A stretch of DNA of 63,730 bases, the filler included, from Octopus bimaculoides (lineage: Eukaryota): assembly GCF_001194135.2 (NCBI RefSeq). It is 4 parts of 4 records of this genome, joined end to end, with 100 filler letters (N's around TTAATTAATTAA, not from the genome) between each part and the next. Parts side by side here need not be neighbours in the genome. Positions count along the whole stretch, not along the records: positions 21,053 to 35,629 come from NC_068988.1; positions 35,730 to 61,561 come from NC_069000.1; 2 more parts are not named here. The stretch is one strand, 5' to 3'. Every line of letters begins with the position of its first letter. Within the stretch, counting starts at the first letter, position 1. The notes under the pieces are model-generated. The model was given only the letters and a program-made list of their open reading frames with translations. It made no database searches and was not told the origin of the DNA. The position numbers and the translations under genes were made by a program. Positions 34,223 to 49,647 of this stretch are shown in pieces.

Positions 34223-35224
34223 CAAGATGGTTAATAAAGGACAGAGCAACCTGCCATAGAAAACCCCAACAAATTCCACCTGGAAAACCATGGAAAACTG
34301 GGCATTAAACGACAACGATGATGATGATGATACATTCCTGTTATTATTAAGCTTCATTGGAAATGTCATAAGGTATAAATCTTTCTTGAAAGACATTATC
34401 ATAATGGAATGTTCCAGCAGTAATTCTCTCTGATTTATCGTCACCTGTTTATATTCAGTGGTGGTCATGTGTTGGCTAATGTACTTAGCACAAACCCTCA
34501 CATTATAAACATCTTAACCAGGCACAGTCTGCGATGCTAACAAACTATCACTGATGCCAAACTTATGAAATATTGGTAACAAAGCCACACAATCTGCTAA
34601 ATGGTCATTGCTCTATCTCCCCATCTGTTTAGTGTAACATTCATATTATTATAACTCACAGAAGAATTTTTCAATAAATTTTCTATCTATATAAGAAATC
34701 TGGGACTGATATTAACAATGGTTGACAAAGCTTTAGCTTATTTCTTCCTTTAATCTAATAACTTGAAGAATATTACATTATTCCATTTAAAGAATTATTA
34801 TTCCATTTCTCAGCATATGCAAAATTATTTGAAGATTGTTTTTGTCCTATCATAAACGAATTTTGGAAATATATTATTATTAAAAAGCACACTTGTCATT
34901 ATAAATGTGCTGCAGTTATTTAATAAGGTATAAAACAGATATTTGGATAGGTCTATATTCAAACAAAGAAATATCTATGTATTTCATTGCGATGAAAATA
35001 TTCTATGTCTAGTTGTCTTTGAGTTATTTGTATTTGAAGCACTTTGCTTGCTCCATTGTACTGTATTGTTATGAGAAACGAGTAAAATCTAAGAGTCAAC
35101 CAGTTCATAAACGTGACCCCTTTGCCACTTTGCCTTTTTCCAAGGACACTTCAAACTTAACATTCCCTCAATATTTATCCAAGCCTGCTTGTTTAAACTG
35201 ACTGTTTATCCACAATTTGTGGAC

Positions 35225-35605
35225 ACAGGCACTAGCTTAGCTGTGTGGTTAAAGACGCTTGCTTTGCAACCTTGTGACTTTAGGTTCAGTCCCACTGTAT
35301 GCCTCCTTGGGCAAGTGTCTTCCTCTATAGTCTACTGCTGACCAATGCTTTGTGAGTGAATTTGATAGAAGGAAATTGTGCTGAAGCCCATGGTGCATAC
35401 ATAAAAGCCTTAAACTTTTCTATCCAAGGGATTCTTTGTATTGTATTAAAACACTGATTCAGGTACAGGCAAAGCCACATAGCTAAAATCTTTGCTTCCC
35501 AGCCTTGTGCTTTCAGGTTCAATACCCAGAGCATGTGTTTTTACTACAGTCCTGGGCCATTGAAAGCCTTGAGAGTGAATATGGTAAACAGAAACTGCAA
35601 AATAC
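35225..35605 (+). mobile_element. Two partial SINE family A 5' halves
   Basis: agctgtgtggttaa..ggttcagtcccact..gggcaagtgtcttc at 35235-35345, and a second fragment at 35490-35605. Confidence 0.65.
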
Positions 35606-35746
35606 ATGTTGCATGTATATATATATATANNNNNNNNNNNNNNNNNNNNNNNNNNNNNNNNNNNNNNNNNNNNTTAATTAATTAANNNNNNNNNNNNNNN
35701 NNNNNNNNNNNNNNNNNNNNNNNNNNNNNTATATATATATATATAT

Positions 35747-35785
<39 letters not shown>

Positions 35786-36959
35786 TGTACCTCGATAGAT
35801 AACTTTCTGTAAGAATTCTGAACACTCTCCATTATTAAATATTTCTTTTATTCCTGTTTCTATTCCCCTTGTCTCCTACTGGCATGACCGCTGTAGTGTG
35901 TAAAAAAATACCTTACGATATTTGAGTTCGATTATATAACAATACGACCGAATTACCTTAATCGATAGAATCGTCTAATCCCCTCCCTTGAAATTTGCAG
36001 CACTTGTACCTAATTTAGAAATTATTTCTTTTAATGCTACATATCATCTTTATAACAAGTATACGACAGGGGTATACAAAGGACGTAGTTTGCCAAAAAG
36101 CTTCCACTTGTCTATTTATTTGTTTATTTGTATGATATTTTGCTGGGCTTCTCATAATCTAAGGTTGAACCAAATCGAATCCCTTTCGCAATCGTCTCTG
36201 TGTGTATGTGTGTGTGCTCGAGCGCATGTGCGTGTATGTGCATTTGTACATCCACCGGTATATAGATTCTTAGTTACAGAGAAATGTATATAAAATAAGA
36301 ACACAAAAGGGGTTGAAGATTCACTACACTTGTCTTTCGCCCTTCTTTTACTGGTGAATACTTTGATTAAATCATGGAAAAACACGTTTACATCAGTTGA
36401 ATTTAAAAAATTTATAATTTGCCACGGGGAAAATATTCCACAAGTTGAGGAATATAGATTGATCCTCACATCTAGGCATTTCTTCCACATTCCACAACTT
36501 CCATTTTTTCTCCGAACCAAATTATTAAATTTTTTATTCGCTTTAAGAAAACGTTTTTATCGAAATGTAATTGAATTATTCATCAATAAAAACGTGTCTG
36601 AAACAGTTGTAGTGAACTTTTAACCTATTTGAGTTCATATTCTATGCAAGCACCACACTTAGAACCTTCCCTATGTTGGAACTGGTATTTACATTGGATC
36701 ATGAACTCGTATGCTTGAATGCATGGGTACATATTTACATGTATATGTATATTTATAGGTACATGTACATGTATACATAGATATATAGATAAGTCCGTAT
36801 ATATCACGGCTATGTACAGATGTGTTTGTAAGTGGTATATTCATGTATATATATGTATATATATACCGAACTCATCCCATGCTTGGTGTCCAGAATGTTA
36901 AAATATGTTGATTCAAACGAATACTACAACTGTATATATGCAAGTATGTACATACAGAC

Positions 36960-36991
36960 GCACATGTGTATGAATATGGATATATATTTAC

Positions 36992-37077
<86 letters not shown>

Positions 37078-37633
37078 GTGTGTGTGTAGTATTGCTTATG
37101 GACACGTCAATGTGGCTATCCGCTAAGATACGACAATACTGCCATTTAATACCAGGAAGACATCTTCTCTATACTTACGTGTTTAAACTTATCCTTATGC
37201 GTGTGTGTGTGTGTGTGTGTATGTGTGTGCGTGCATTCTTTTATGCCTTGTTTGTTTCGGTCATTGAACTGCAACCATGCTGGGACACTATTACAAAGTG
37301 ATTAGTCAAATAATTCGATATCATTGAGTCACAAGGATGTAAACAAAGCAACACAATTTCATTACATAACGTTGCAAACACAAGCATGCAGGCGCACAGA
37401 CACATGAAAAACGCACGGAAGCACGAGTAGGACAGACGCGTATGCAAGCATGTGTGTGCTTGTAGGTGGGTTGGTTGGGTGTTGCCTGCCTACCTTTCTG
37501 TGCATGTTTGTGTGTGCGCGCGCGTATGTGTGTCTGTGCCTCTGCACAGTTTACCAACTAGAAAATATATTTCGAGGCATTGGTCATCACGGAACTATAC
37601 AAAGGTCGCTTGGGCAAGATCTAACGAGGTATG

Positions 37634-37694
<61 letters not shown>

Positions 37695-38128
37695 GCATAT
37701 ATTTGTGAACTTATATATGTATACAAGTGTATGNNNNNNNNNNNNNNNNNNNNNNNNNNNNNNNNNNNNNNNNNNNNNNNNNNNNNNNNNNNNNNNNNNN
37801 NNNNNNNNNNNNNNNNNNNNNNNNNNNNNNNNNNNNNNNNNNNNNNNNNNNNNNNNNNNNNNNNNNNNNNNNNNNNNNNNNNNNNNNNNNNNNNNNNNNN
37901 NNNNNNNNNNNNNNNNNNNNNNNNNNNNNNNNNNNNNNNNNNNNNNNNNNNNNNNNNNNNNNNNNNNNNNNNNNNNNNNNNNNNNNNNNNNNNNNNNNNN
38001 NNNNNNNNNNNNNNNNNNNNNNNNNNNNNNNNNNNNNNNNNNNNNNNNNNNNNNNNNNNNNNNNNNNNNNNNNNNNNNNNNNNNNNNNNNNNNNNNNNNN
38101 NNNNNNNNNNNNNNNNNNNNNNNNNNNN

Positions 38129-38172
<44 letters not shown>

Positions 38173-38648
38173 GCATATATATGTGTGTATGTATGTATAT
38201 ATATTTATATATAAACATGTGTGTATGTATGGATGTGTATACATATGTATGCATATATGTATTTATACACACAAACACACGTGCCAACACACACAGCACA
38301 CTCACATGCATACACTTGGAATTATTCATGCACACGCACTCATGTTGTGAACATGCACTAGAAAGTCGTTATACATTTTGCTCTAATACTGTTGTTGCAT
38401 ATATAGTCCATATTATATATGCCTAATTGCATGCACACCGTATATGTATATATGCTTTATACACATATACAAGCATTTATATACATAGACACACATTCAT
38501 AGGCACTACCAAGTTACGTTCCATGCGTATCGATAGATAAGGAGATATCAGAATAAGTAATTATTTTTTTATCAATATTAATCGATATTGATTATATTAA
38601 TCTATAATGGCAGTCACACAGTATTATACGCTTGTATAGATACACACA

Positions 38649-38710
<62 letters not shown>

Positions 38711-38903
38711 TGTGTGTATTATGTATATCGTACGCACACACACAAACACACATGCACTCTCAGGAATGCACGCATAAATATTTTCCTATCTAAATGCTTC
38801 GAAAAATCTGCGTGTGTGTATTGATTTATGTATATATACATAGAATAAAACATGCACGCGTGTGTGTGTGTATATATATATGATAGATAGATAGATACAT
38901 ACA

Positions 38904-38937
<34 letters not shown>

Positions 38938-38953
38938 ACATATATATATATGT

Positions 38954-39045
<92 letters not shown>

Positions 39046-39214
39046 GTATATATTTTTATAATATATATGCATACATGTGTGTGTGTGTAGGTGTGTGTGT
39101 AAATGTGTGACTGTATGTGCGTGTATTATGTGTATGTAAGAACGAGTATATACATATGTAACATTTCTTGAGGATATTTTTAAGTCGTGAAAAGGTTCAT
39201 TTAATCGTTTACAC

Positions 39215-39289
<75 letters not shown>

Positions 39290-39290
39290 T
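36960..39290. repeat. Microsatellite-dense zone: (TA)n, (TG)n, (GATA)n, (TACA)n, (AAT)n
   Basis: Direct reading. These repeats explain the IYIY, VCVC and HTHT ORFs in the track. Confidence 0.9.
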
Positions 39291-40018
39291 AATAATATAT
39301 TATTCCCCCTTACTTCCTCATCCTTTGAGTCCGTTTATAGTCACCACATCTTCCTGCTTGTGAATGATGTCTAATTGTTAGTACTAAATATTTGAATAAC
39401 ATCCTTTTTGTAGTGTGTCTAGTATATTCATTCGGTGATGTTTTTTTTTGTAAATTTTGGCAATTTTTTCTTTTTTTTTTTTGTTCTTTTTTCTTTTCCA
39501 TCAAGAAGTTTCGTCATAAAATTCGAGACGTCGTCGTATTATGCGCATCACTTGCGAAGAAATAAAAAAAACTTNNNNNNNNNNNNNNNNNNNNNNNNNN
39601 NNNNNNNNNNNNNNNNNNNNNNNNNNNNNNNNNNNNNNNNNNNNNNNNNNNNNNNNNNNNNNNNNNNNNNNNNNNNNNNNNNNNNNNNNNNNNNNNNNNN
39701 NNNNNNNNNNNNNNNNNNNNNNNNNNNNNNNNNNNNNNNNNNNNNNNNNNNNNNNNNNNNNNNNNNNNNNNNNNNNNNNNNNNNNNNNNNNNNNNNNNNN
39801 NNNNNNNNNNNNNNNNNNNNNNNNNNNNNNNNNNNNNNNNNNNNNNNNNNNNNNNNNNNNNNNNNNNNNNNNNNNNNNNNNNNNNNNNNNNNNNNNNNNN
39901 NNNNNNNNNNNNNNNNNNNNNNNNNNNNNNNNNNNNNNNNNNNNNNNNNNNNNNNNNNNNNNNNNNNNNNNNNNNNNNNNNNNNNNNNNNNNNNNNNNNN
40001 NNNNNNNNNNNNNNNNNN

Positions 40019-40056
<38 letters not shown>

Positions 40057-40324
40057 CTCCATATATTTTTTTTTTCCGATATGCCTATATTTCCGCTTAC
40101 ATTTAATTTGTATTTGCATGTGCGAAAGTAGAAACAAAGAATGTTTTTTTTTTAAAGGTGAAAGGAAAGAAATATTTACATATGTAACGAACGAAAAGTA
40201 AAATAATAATAATAGAACCGATACTAACTGGAAAGAAGACAGAAATACTGAACTATAGTGCAGAGAGAAATATGTTGTATTACGAAGCAAAACGCGAGTA
40301 GATAACGCCAACAATTACAAAATA

Positions 40325-40362
40325 GCGGAAGGTAGTCTTGTCTTATCTTTAAGCGCATGCGC
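40325..40362 (+). promoter_or_regulatory. Candidate promoter motifs: ETS-like GCGGAAG and NRF1-type GCGCATGCGC
   Basis: gcggaag at 40325-40331 and the palindrome gcgcatgcgc at 40353-40362, in a CpG-containing patch within AT-rich DNA. Confidence 0.4.
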
Positions 40363-40487
40363 AGTGGATTCTCTTGATTATGAAATATGCATTTGCAGCA
40401 GGAGTGCGCTGCTGCCGCTGCTGCTATTGCTGCTGCTACAAATAAAATAGGTTAATTTATTATCACAGTTGGTGACGTATAAGAGCT

Positions 40488-40565
40488 ATGGATAAAATTG
40501 CACAAGTACAGGAACAGCCTGACCTTTCATGTTGTCTAGGTCATTTCTCTAGTAGTGGCAAACGG
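40488..40565 (+). CDS. Candidate first coding exon, MDKIAQVQEQPDLSCCLGHFSSSGKR (phase 0)
   Basis: gagctATGg opens 26 codons that end exactly at the strong donor CGG|gtgagt. There is an in-frame upstream stop and a possible acceptor tatcacag at 40468. I recognise no homology and found no downstream exon. Confidence 0.3.
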
Positions 40566-41789
40566 GTGAGTTAGTAACTTACTGAATGGAACGCCGATTC
40601 GAATACATTGACCTTGCTGCTTATTTAATTGTAAATATTCGCCAGAGATTTAATAAACAAAATAAAAATAAAAATTTATAGAAGAAAATCATTTATTAAT
40701 ATTATAAGAAAGACGGCAGATAAATACTCTAAGTATAAAGGTGAGTTGAGAGTTATAAAAAATTCTGTAAAGATTTATATCTGCTTATGCATAACGCACA
40801 CACATGCGCGGGAGCATGTGTTAAGTGTGTGTTTATGTATGTGTGCGTGCGTGGTTACGTGCATGCTTGTGTTGTGTGTACGCGTGCATGTGTATGCTTA
40901 TATATGCGCACTCTCGTGCATGCACAGGCGCATGTAAGTCTATCTATCTACCTGCTATACTATATCTTTTGAGTGCGTTTATATGTATATACACATATGC
41001 GTGTTTTTCTATGTATATGAAAAACGTGCATATCATACATGCGCGCACGAATGCGTACGCTAAAATTAAGCACAGAAATATACAAAATGTGTGCAATATA
41101 AGGCGTGCTATTTAGAGACATATTTATAAAACAAATAATCACATTTACAGAGAAAAATTATCATTTTTATCCCTTTCTTCACGCCTGCGTATTAAAAGCA
41201 TTGTCTCAAAAATAACTACTATATTTTTTATGCACACCTTACATAAATTAATGCATTCTTTGTGCCCATGGATGATGGTGAACGTAATACCAACGAGGTG
41301 GTTATAAGCTAGCGGCCAGTGACTGTATGAGCCTGTCTCACGCCAATTAAAATTATAAAATTGATGCCAACCAGAAATAGCATTTTAAACATGTCCTAAT
41401 TCCTTTCTATATATAATTTTTTTTTAAACAAACCTATATTCAGTTTTTAAAGCAGGGGGTTTATAAATGCATTTAGCGTAAATATTTGGCATTCACAGGA
41501 ATGTGTCACTATTGTGTAGATTTGCACATCAAGAAACGCAAACGAAAATTAAAATGTTTCCTTACATTAATGTGATAGTCTCCTTGTTATTATTAGATAT
41601 ATGATATGCTAAAACTATTATTCAATTAAAATATTTTACATAATAAATTTATCAATACAATTAATTACTTGATATGCTACTATGTAGGAAAATTAATAAT
41701 GATATATACATACACACATATATATATAATATATATACATATATATACATACACACGCACACATATAATATATATACATATATATACAT

Positions 41790-41838
<49 letters not shown>

Positions 41839-41874
41839 TACATATATATATACATATACATTATATATAAACAT

Positions 41875-41915
<41 letters not shown>

Positions 41916-42834
41916 NNNNNNNNNNNNNNNNNNNNNNNNNNNNNNNNNNNNNNNNNNNNNNNNNNNNNNNNNNNNNNNNNNNNNNNNNNNNNNNNNNNNN
42001 NNNNNNNNNNNNNNNNNNNNNNNNNNNNNNNNNNNNNNNNNNNNNNNNNNNNNNNNNNNNNNNNNNNNNNNNNNNNNNNNNNNNNNNNNNNNNNNNNNNN
42101 NNNNNNNNNNNNNNNNNNNNNNNNNNNNNNNNNNNNNNNNNNNNNNNNNNNNNNNNNNNNNNNNNNNNNNNNNNNNNNNNNNNNNNNNNNNNNNNNNNNN
42201 NNNNNNNNNNNNNNNNNNNNNNNNNNNNNNNNNNNNNNNNNNNNNNNNNNNNNNNNNNNNNNNNNNNNNNNNNNNNNNNNNNNNNNNNNNNNNNNNNNNN
42301 NNNNNNNNNNNNNNNNNNNNNNNNNNNNNNNNNNGTTGGTGGTGATGGTGGTGGTGGTGGTTGTGGTGATGGTGGTGGTGGTGGTGGTGGTGGTGGTAGT
42401 AGTAGCAGTTGCAGTAGTGGCGTTGGTTGGTGGTAAGGTGTAAAGAAGGACCACATTAAAGTCCTCGTTGTATTCAATTACGCTCCTTTTGTTCTAAATT
42501 CTAATCATATCAGGATCAATATTTGCCATCCAGCTTTCCACAGTCGATAGAATAAATACCAGTTATGTAATGGAGTGAAGATCATCGCCAAAAAGTTTGC
42601 CAATGTAACACAAATCATTATAATCGTTATTCGAGCCATGGAATTTCCAGAAATTTTAGAAATTGCATTAAATTTTTTCAGTTAATTTACTTCCCTACCT
42701 CTCAAGTTCAAGTTCTAATCTTGAAAGAAATTGTCTTTGATCGATAAAATAGTTCGATTTAATTGACTATATACTTCTCGTGCAAATATGACCGATGATC
42801 GAGTCAGAAAGCAGCCATCTGCCCCTTCTTCTTC

Positions 42835-42881
<47 letters not shown>

Positions 42882-42882
42882 T

Positions 42883-42929
<47 letters not shown>

Positions 42930-43706
42930 TTCTCCTATTCAGGACACAGACGTTAAAAAAGATAAAAGTATTGTTGAGCGAGTGTGTAATGTTCATGTCT
43001 TTCTGCAAGACGCTAGCGACAACGTAAAATGAAATGAAATCGTTTTTCAAACAGAAACAGAAACCGCCGTCCATGCTTGGCTGCACGTTGGGCCCTCTTC
43101 TCACAGAAAACATGTGTAAATTCCGGACCGGTTAGCGTTGATAACGCTGATAATGATAATGAAGATGGTGATGGCTATGATACTGGCGAAAACGCCAACG
43201 ATGATTGTAATTATGTTATGACGGTTATAATTAACAATAGTATATGTAAGATAATAATTTGCGGAGCCATTAATCAGTCTATATTTTTCTTTATAAATAT
43301 ATCAGACGTGCATATCAGTTTTTGTCATATACCATTCAACTTGTAGATATATATTTGATACGAGTTCAATATTGGTTCATTATCTTAAATTAGAAAAGTG
43401 CAACATGTGCAACGTTTTTTAATATAAAGGGTGTGAAATAGACTCAAGTTGAGAATTTAAATCTGGCACAACAAAAACTAACTTCTTCCGGATTTCTTAT
43501 AGCTTCTACTAAAGGTTGCACATTCTATTTGCATAAGCTTGCAGGTATGTTTATAAAGCATAACTGCAGGTAAATACACACGCACACAGACACAAAGATA
43601 CACGCGGAGCGTATATATAAACATATAAGCAAGTGTGTGATTATGTGTGTGTGTAGATATACATATAAATGTGTGTGAGTGTCTGTTTAAATATATATAT
43701 GTGTGT

Positions 43707-43743
<37 letters not shown>

Positions 43744-43987
43744 CGTGCGTGTGTGTATGTGTGTGTGTGTGTGTGTATAGGTAGGTATATAGATAGATAG
43801 ACAAATACATAAATATACATATGCATATATACATACATATGCATTGTATAATATATGTATATAAATAATATATATGTATGTATAAAGGCTATTTATATAC
43901 ATATACATGCAATATATATATATTATATAATATAAGTATATATAATATATATATATGTATATATATGCATATATATTTGTATGTATG

Positions 43988-44056
<69 letters not shown>

Positions 44057-47000
44057 CAATATATTATATATATTACATATAATATATACATGTATATTAT
44101 ATTTATATAATATATATATGCATATATATATATGTATGTATATGTATATATATATACATATATATAGAGAGAGAGAGACACACACACACACAAATATATA
44201 CTACATATGTATCTATATATTACACACACACATATATACACATATATATTGTATATGTACCTGTATATATATATATTTATACATATATGTATGACTTTAT
44301 CTATTTGTGTATCTGTCTATCTATCTATCTGTCAATCTAGATAGATAGACAGAGAGAGAAAGAGAGAGAAAGGGAGAGAGAGTGCAAGAAAGAGAGAGCA
44401 AGAGAGAGAGAGCGGGGGTTACACGGTTGTGGATGAAACAAGAAGAGCGTGGACTCAAAAATAATTCTATATTAAAATAATATGTAAAGTCAACTCTTCA
44501 CAGCAGAGCTCTGCTACAAACGCCATCGCTCTCCATTACTACCATCTATCGTGCCGCAGCTAACCCTTCCCCTAAACCATCAGAAATAACTGCCATTTTC
44601 TGAAATACCATAGTCTGCATTCACCTTGCAACAAATATTCTCTGCTTGGGTTAATGAGCCGTTGCGAAGGAGGAATGTTGCTTCCTGCACAGCATAGCAT
44701 GTTGGAGACAGTAAAACGTGTGTATGGCAGTACCACTGGAACGAGAAGGCAGTGGGATAAAACGATCACTGCAGAATGATAATTGTCATAGACATGATGA
44801 CAAGATAAAATGTAATAATACTTGGTGAAAGAACAAAGAGCCAAGCCGGTAGTAGAAATCACAAGAGCATGAATATTTTCCAGGTAATAGTGGAAATTAG
44901 TTAAAAAGGATAGTAGTAATGGATATAATATTTGCGGTGGTGTAAGTTTAATAGATGATAGAAATGGATAGTGGTAATATGTTTGGTGGTAACGAAGGGT
45001 AAATTGGATGAATAGTGGGCATAATAATCACTGACAGTGGAAGTAATATATAATGGAGATAAATGTTGATAGTAACGTCGGTGTATCATATAATCGGAAC
45101 GTGCGAATTTGAGCAATGATATTGATAATGGATAATAAGGAATAGCAGTAATGGACATGATAATGGTAATAGTAATAATAACATCTGTAAGAAAGAAAAA
45201 AACAGATGGCGGGACAGGGTCAGTAGTTATTTTAATGATAATGGCAATTTTTTCTTAAAGACATTCACATACTCTAATTGCTGATGATGTAATTTGTAAA
45301 GTATTATATAAACGAAAAAGTGTTTGCTAATGGCTATAGAAGTGGTACCACTAGTGTAGTTTTTGATTGTGGAAAAGATAGTGATGGCGTCTGTGCTTTC
45401 GGAGGTTGGTAGAAATGTAACTGAGATGAAATGATGTCAATGCTATTTCGTTTGTAAATATCATAATAAATGGCGGTTACATATGTGCTCACGTATGTAG
45501 AGTAAAATGAGCAAAATTTATAATAAACATTGGTATGGCTTTTCTGGACTATTAACCTATGTGGTTTCATTTGTAAGCAAGGTTTCATTTAGAAATAAAG
45601 GGCAATAAAAAAGGGTAAACAGTTATTGACATGTTTTTAATAAGTGTGGTGAAACTTCAAGTATTATTATAGTACTTCTGAGTTCAAATCTAATGAAAAA
45701 GTAAATATAACACGAGAAGACGGCTGGCGAAATTTATAAAGTGTAAAATAAAATAAAAAATACGACAAGCGAAATCAATAATTTAAGAAAATCTAGATTT
45801 TTCTGGATATAAAACTTGTACTATGTATATTAGCAATACTAAACAAAACTGTCAACAAATATAACTAGATGGCGAACAAACAGCTTTTTAAATAGATAAG
45901 CTGGTTATTTATTGTGCATAGAACTTTGCACGTAATAAATCGATATTATTACTATTTAAAAGTGGTAGACTGACAAAATTGGTGGAGCATCAAACACACT
46001 GCACTGTAGTTTTTTTTTTTTTTTTAGTTATGCCTCTTTAAGTTCTAATTCTAATACAACTGAGACAGGCTTACGCCTGCAGTTTATATTTCGAGTCAAC
46101 GTATACGTACCTGCCGAATACTGTGCCCGATTTAAATGGTCTATTCCGATCTCATTAACTCTACGGCTTTATGTCTATATTATAAATCGTTATTATGCGT
46201 CATAAAATCGCTAGAGACATAGAATTTAAACCGCGTCGGTCTTGCTAATCTCAGAGAGCCTGAAAAGGCAATGAAACTCTTCCTCCAGACACAAAGTAAA
46301 GAACAAAATTTTAGCAATATTTTTGTATTCAAGCATTACTATAAACACTAACATTTCATTTATTTGCAGAGTTCATATTTATGTGCTCTATACACATGAA
46401 TTTGCGGTGGCTATTGTCATTGTCAGTCTATGGCAGACTTGATCTTTTTTTGACTAAGGGAGAAAAATCATTTGCCTTTTGCACATCTGGTCTACATTGT
46501 GTTCTTTTTTTTTTTAAAGAAAGTAATGTGATTTTAGACAGAGTTAGCTTATATTTCCAGCAGGTAAAGTCATGACGTAGAAGCTCCCACACTGGCTAAT
46601 TAATAAAATGTATCATTTAATGTCTTTGAGAAATCATGTTGCAACTTTTTAATACAAGCAAGGGTAAGAAATGCATAAAAGAAACAAAATAGAAGAAATG
46701 AAATAGAAAATTAAATCACTATCTAAAAGAATAAGAAGTTTTGTTTAGTGTTTTGATTGATAATATAGATAGTTCTTGGAAAAGATACCCCAGTTTTGTG
46801 TAGTTTATATAGTTCAAGTTCAGCTTTTAAATCGTAGCGTAAGATCAAGTTTAGTAAATTTAACTAATTTGTGCTCTTATAATGTGCTAAACAAAATTTT
46901 TTTTATCCATTCCTACTTAAGCTCTTTATTATTTTGTTATTTTCAAGACTAGAGTGATGTAATCGTCTGTTTCCTCCCATAAAATAACTGACCATTTATC

Positions 47001-47353
47001 TATGCAAGAATTAGTTACTGCGAAGTTTCTGCGTCAGACATTTTGCTGACTCTCAGTTCTGGTGTCAATGAAAATGTTTTTTCAAATTTCTCATAATCTT
47101 CAACTACTTGTGCCATTGGTTTTGTTGTATATTTATACAAGTTTTTGTACAAGATACAATTTCGCCAACGTTTTTGAAATTGTATTGATTCTCCTCGTAT
47201 TTTGTATCCATCGTAAATATAAACTGTTAACGACTGATTTGGAGTACCCTATTCCTAAGAATCTCATTCATTTACTTACCCCTTCTTACTTTTTCAACCT
47301 ATTACACAGACGTACAGATTATTGCTACAACTAATGCTTTCACTCTCACATGG

Positions 47354-47400
<47 letters not shown>

Positions 47401-47892
47401 ATGCATGTGCATATATATATATANNNNNNNNNNNNNNNNNNNNNNNNNNNNNNNNNNNNNNNNNNNNNNNNNNNNNNNNNNNNNNNNNNNNNNNNNNNNN
47501 NNNNNNNNNNNNNNNNNNNNNNNNNNNNNNNNNNNNNNNNNNNNNNNNNNNNNNNNNNNNNNNNNNNNNNNNNNNNNNNNNNNNNNNNNNNNNNNNNNNN
47601 NNNNNNNNNNNNNNNNNNNNNNNNNNNNNNNNNNNNNNNNNNNNNNNNNNNNNNNNNNNNNNNNNNNNNNNNNNNNNNNNNNNNNNNNNNNNNNNNNNNN
47701 NNNNNNNNNNNNNNNNNNNNNNNNNNNNNNNNNNNNNNNNNNNNNNNNNNNNNNNNNNNNNNNNNNNNNNNNNNNNNNNNNNNNNNNNNNNNNNNNNNNN
47801 NNNNNNNNNNNNNNNNNNNNNNNNNNNNNNNNNNNNNNNNNNNNNNNNNNNNNNNNNNNNNNNNNNNNNNNNNNNNNNNNNNNNNNNNNNNN

Positions 47893-47950
<58 letters not shown>

Positions 47951-49006
47951 TGTTATTTACATATGTATATGTGTGTATATATATTTATATATATATATGG
48001 TTATTTGTATATGTATATAGATATATTTATATATAACACATACACATATATGTATGGGTGTGTGTGTGTGTGTTTGTGCGCGCGCACGTGTGTGTGTATG
48101 ACTTGTGTGTAAGTATATATCGGACGTTATCATAATCATGGGTATATCTACTTGTAATTAGTGGTAGCTTAGACATGATTGATATTCCTCGAATCCAAAG
48201 TTTAGAGAAAACATCCAGAAAACTCTATTTTCTCTGATATAAAATATTCTGAATGGGGGAGGGTGTAATTACTCTACAATAAATTATTGATTAATTTGTA
48301 AATAATTTGATAGATAGATACATACATACATACATACATACACACATACACATACATACATACATACATACATACATACATACGTATATTAGTATATAAT
48401 AAATTATTATCACAACTTTCCATTCCTTATTAATAATATTAGTTTTATGATGATGCCGAATAATTTACTACTGCTACTGCAGCAGTTATCATTTTCATAT
48501 TTATCCTATCACTATTCTTGTTATCCTTAATTAATATTACTATAAATGGAAATGGTAGTAGCTATAGAGGTGAAATGTTTACAGCTTAGTCTCGATAACT
48601 ACTTTTCAGTTACTTCGTCACTGATTATAAAGAATCGATAGTTAAATTACGAGATTTATTGATGAGATATAGTAACATTGGTAAAAGGCGAAAATGTCAG
48701 AAATTGTAATTAAGCCGGTGGCAGCTACAGTGACAGTAGCTATGATAACAGCAGCACCAGCAGAATATAATAAATCTCTTCACAAAAACATTGGCTTAAC
48801 TCATCTCAAATACAATTACAACTTTAACAAATATAAAAATAATAATAAGGTTAATGATTATTTTTGGCTAGAGCCGTTTTATAACAGGAAAAGTATGCAG
48901 CTTGAGCAAACGCCAGGTTTATCAAATCAGGGGAGATGAAAGCAAGAACTGTAACAAAACTAAACATAAATAAGATAATTCCATTCTCTATTGCATTATC
49001 TCTGCC

Positions 49007-49052
<46 letters not shown>

Positions 49053-49647
49053 NNNNNNNNNNNNNNNNNNNNNNNNNNNNNNNNNNNNNNNNNNNNNNNN
49101 NNNNNNNNNNNNNNNNNNNNNNNNNNNNNNNNNNNNNNNNNNNNNNNNNNNNNNNNNNNNNNNNNNNNNNNNNNNNNNNNNNNNNNNNNNNNNNNNNNNN
49201 NNNNNNNNNNNNNNNNNNNNNNNNNNNNNNNNNNNNNNNNNNNNNNNNNNNNNNNNNNNNNNNNNNNNNNNNNNNNNNNNNNNNNNNNNNNNNNNNNNNN
49301 NNNNNNNNNNNNNNNNNNNNNNNNNNNNNNNNNNNNNNNNNNNNNNNNNNNNNNNNNNNNNNNNNNNNNNNNNNNNNNNNNNNNNNNNNNNNNNNNNNNN
49401 NNNNNNNNNNNNNNNNNNNNNNNNNNNNNNNNNNNNNNNNNNNNNNNNNNNNNNNNNNNNNNNNNNNNNNNNNNNNNNNNNNNNNNNNNNNNNNNNNNNN
49501 NNNNNNNAGGAGAAGAAGGAGGAGAAGAAGGAGGAGAAGAAGGAGGAGAAGAAGGAGGAGGAGAAGGATGATGATAATGATGATGATGATGATGATGATG
49601 ATGACGATGATGATGATGAGAATTAAAAAAGAACAACAAAAAGAACA

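Noticed and set aside
34370-34465. Minus-strand frame GDDKSERITAGTFHYDNVFQERFIPYDISNEA* as a terminal exon
   Set aside because: The acceptor lacks a polypyrimidine tract and I recognise no homology.
46370-46563. Plus-strand exon candidate (tttgcag|...cag|gtaaag)
   Set aside because: The frame includes a poly-T run, its phase is incompatible with the 40565 donor, and the peptide is unrecognisable.
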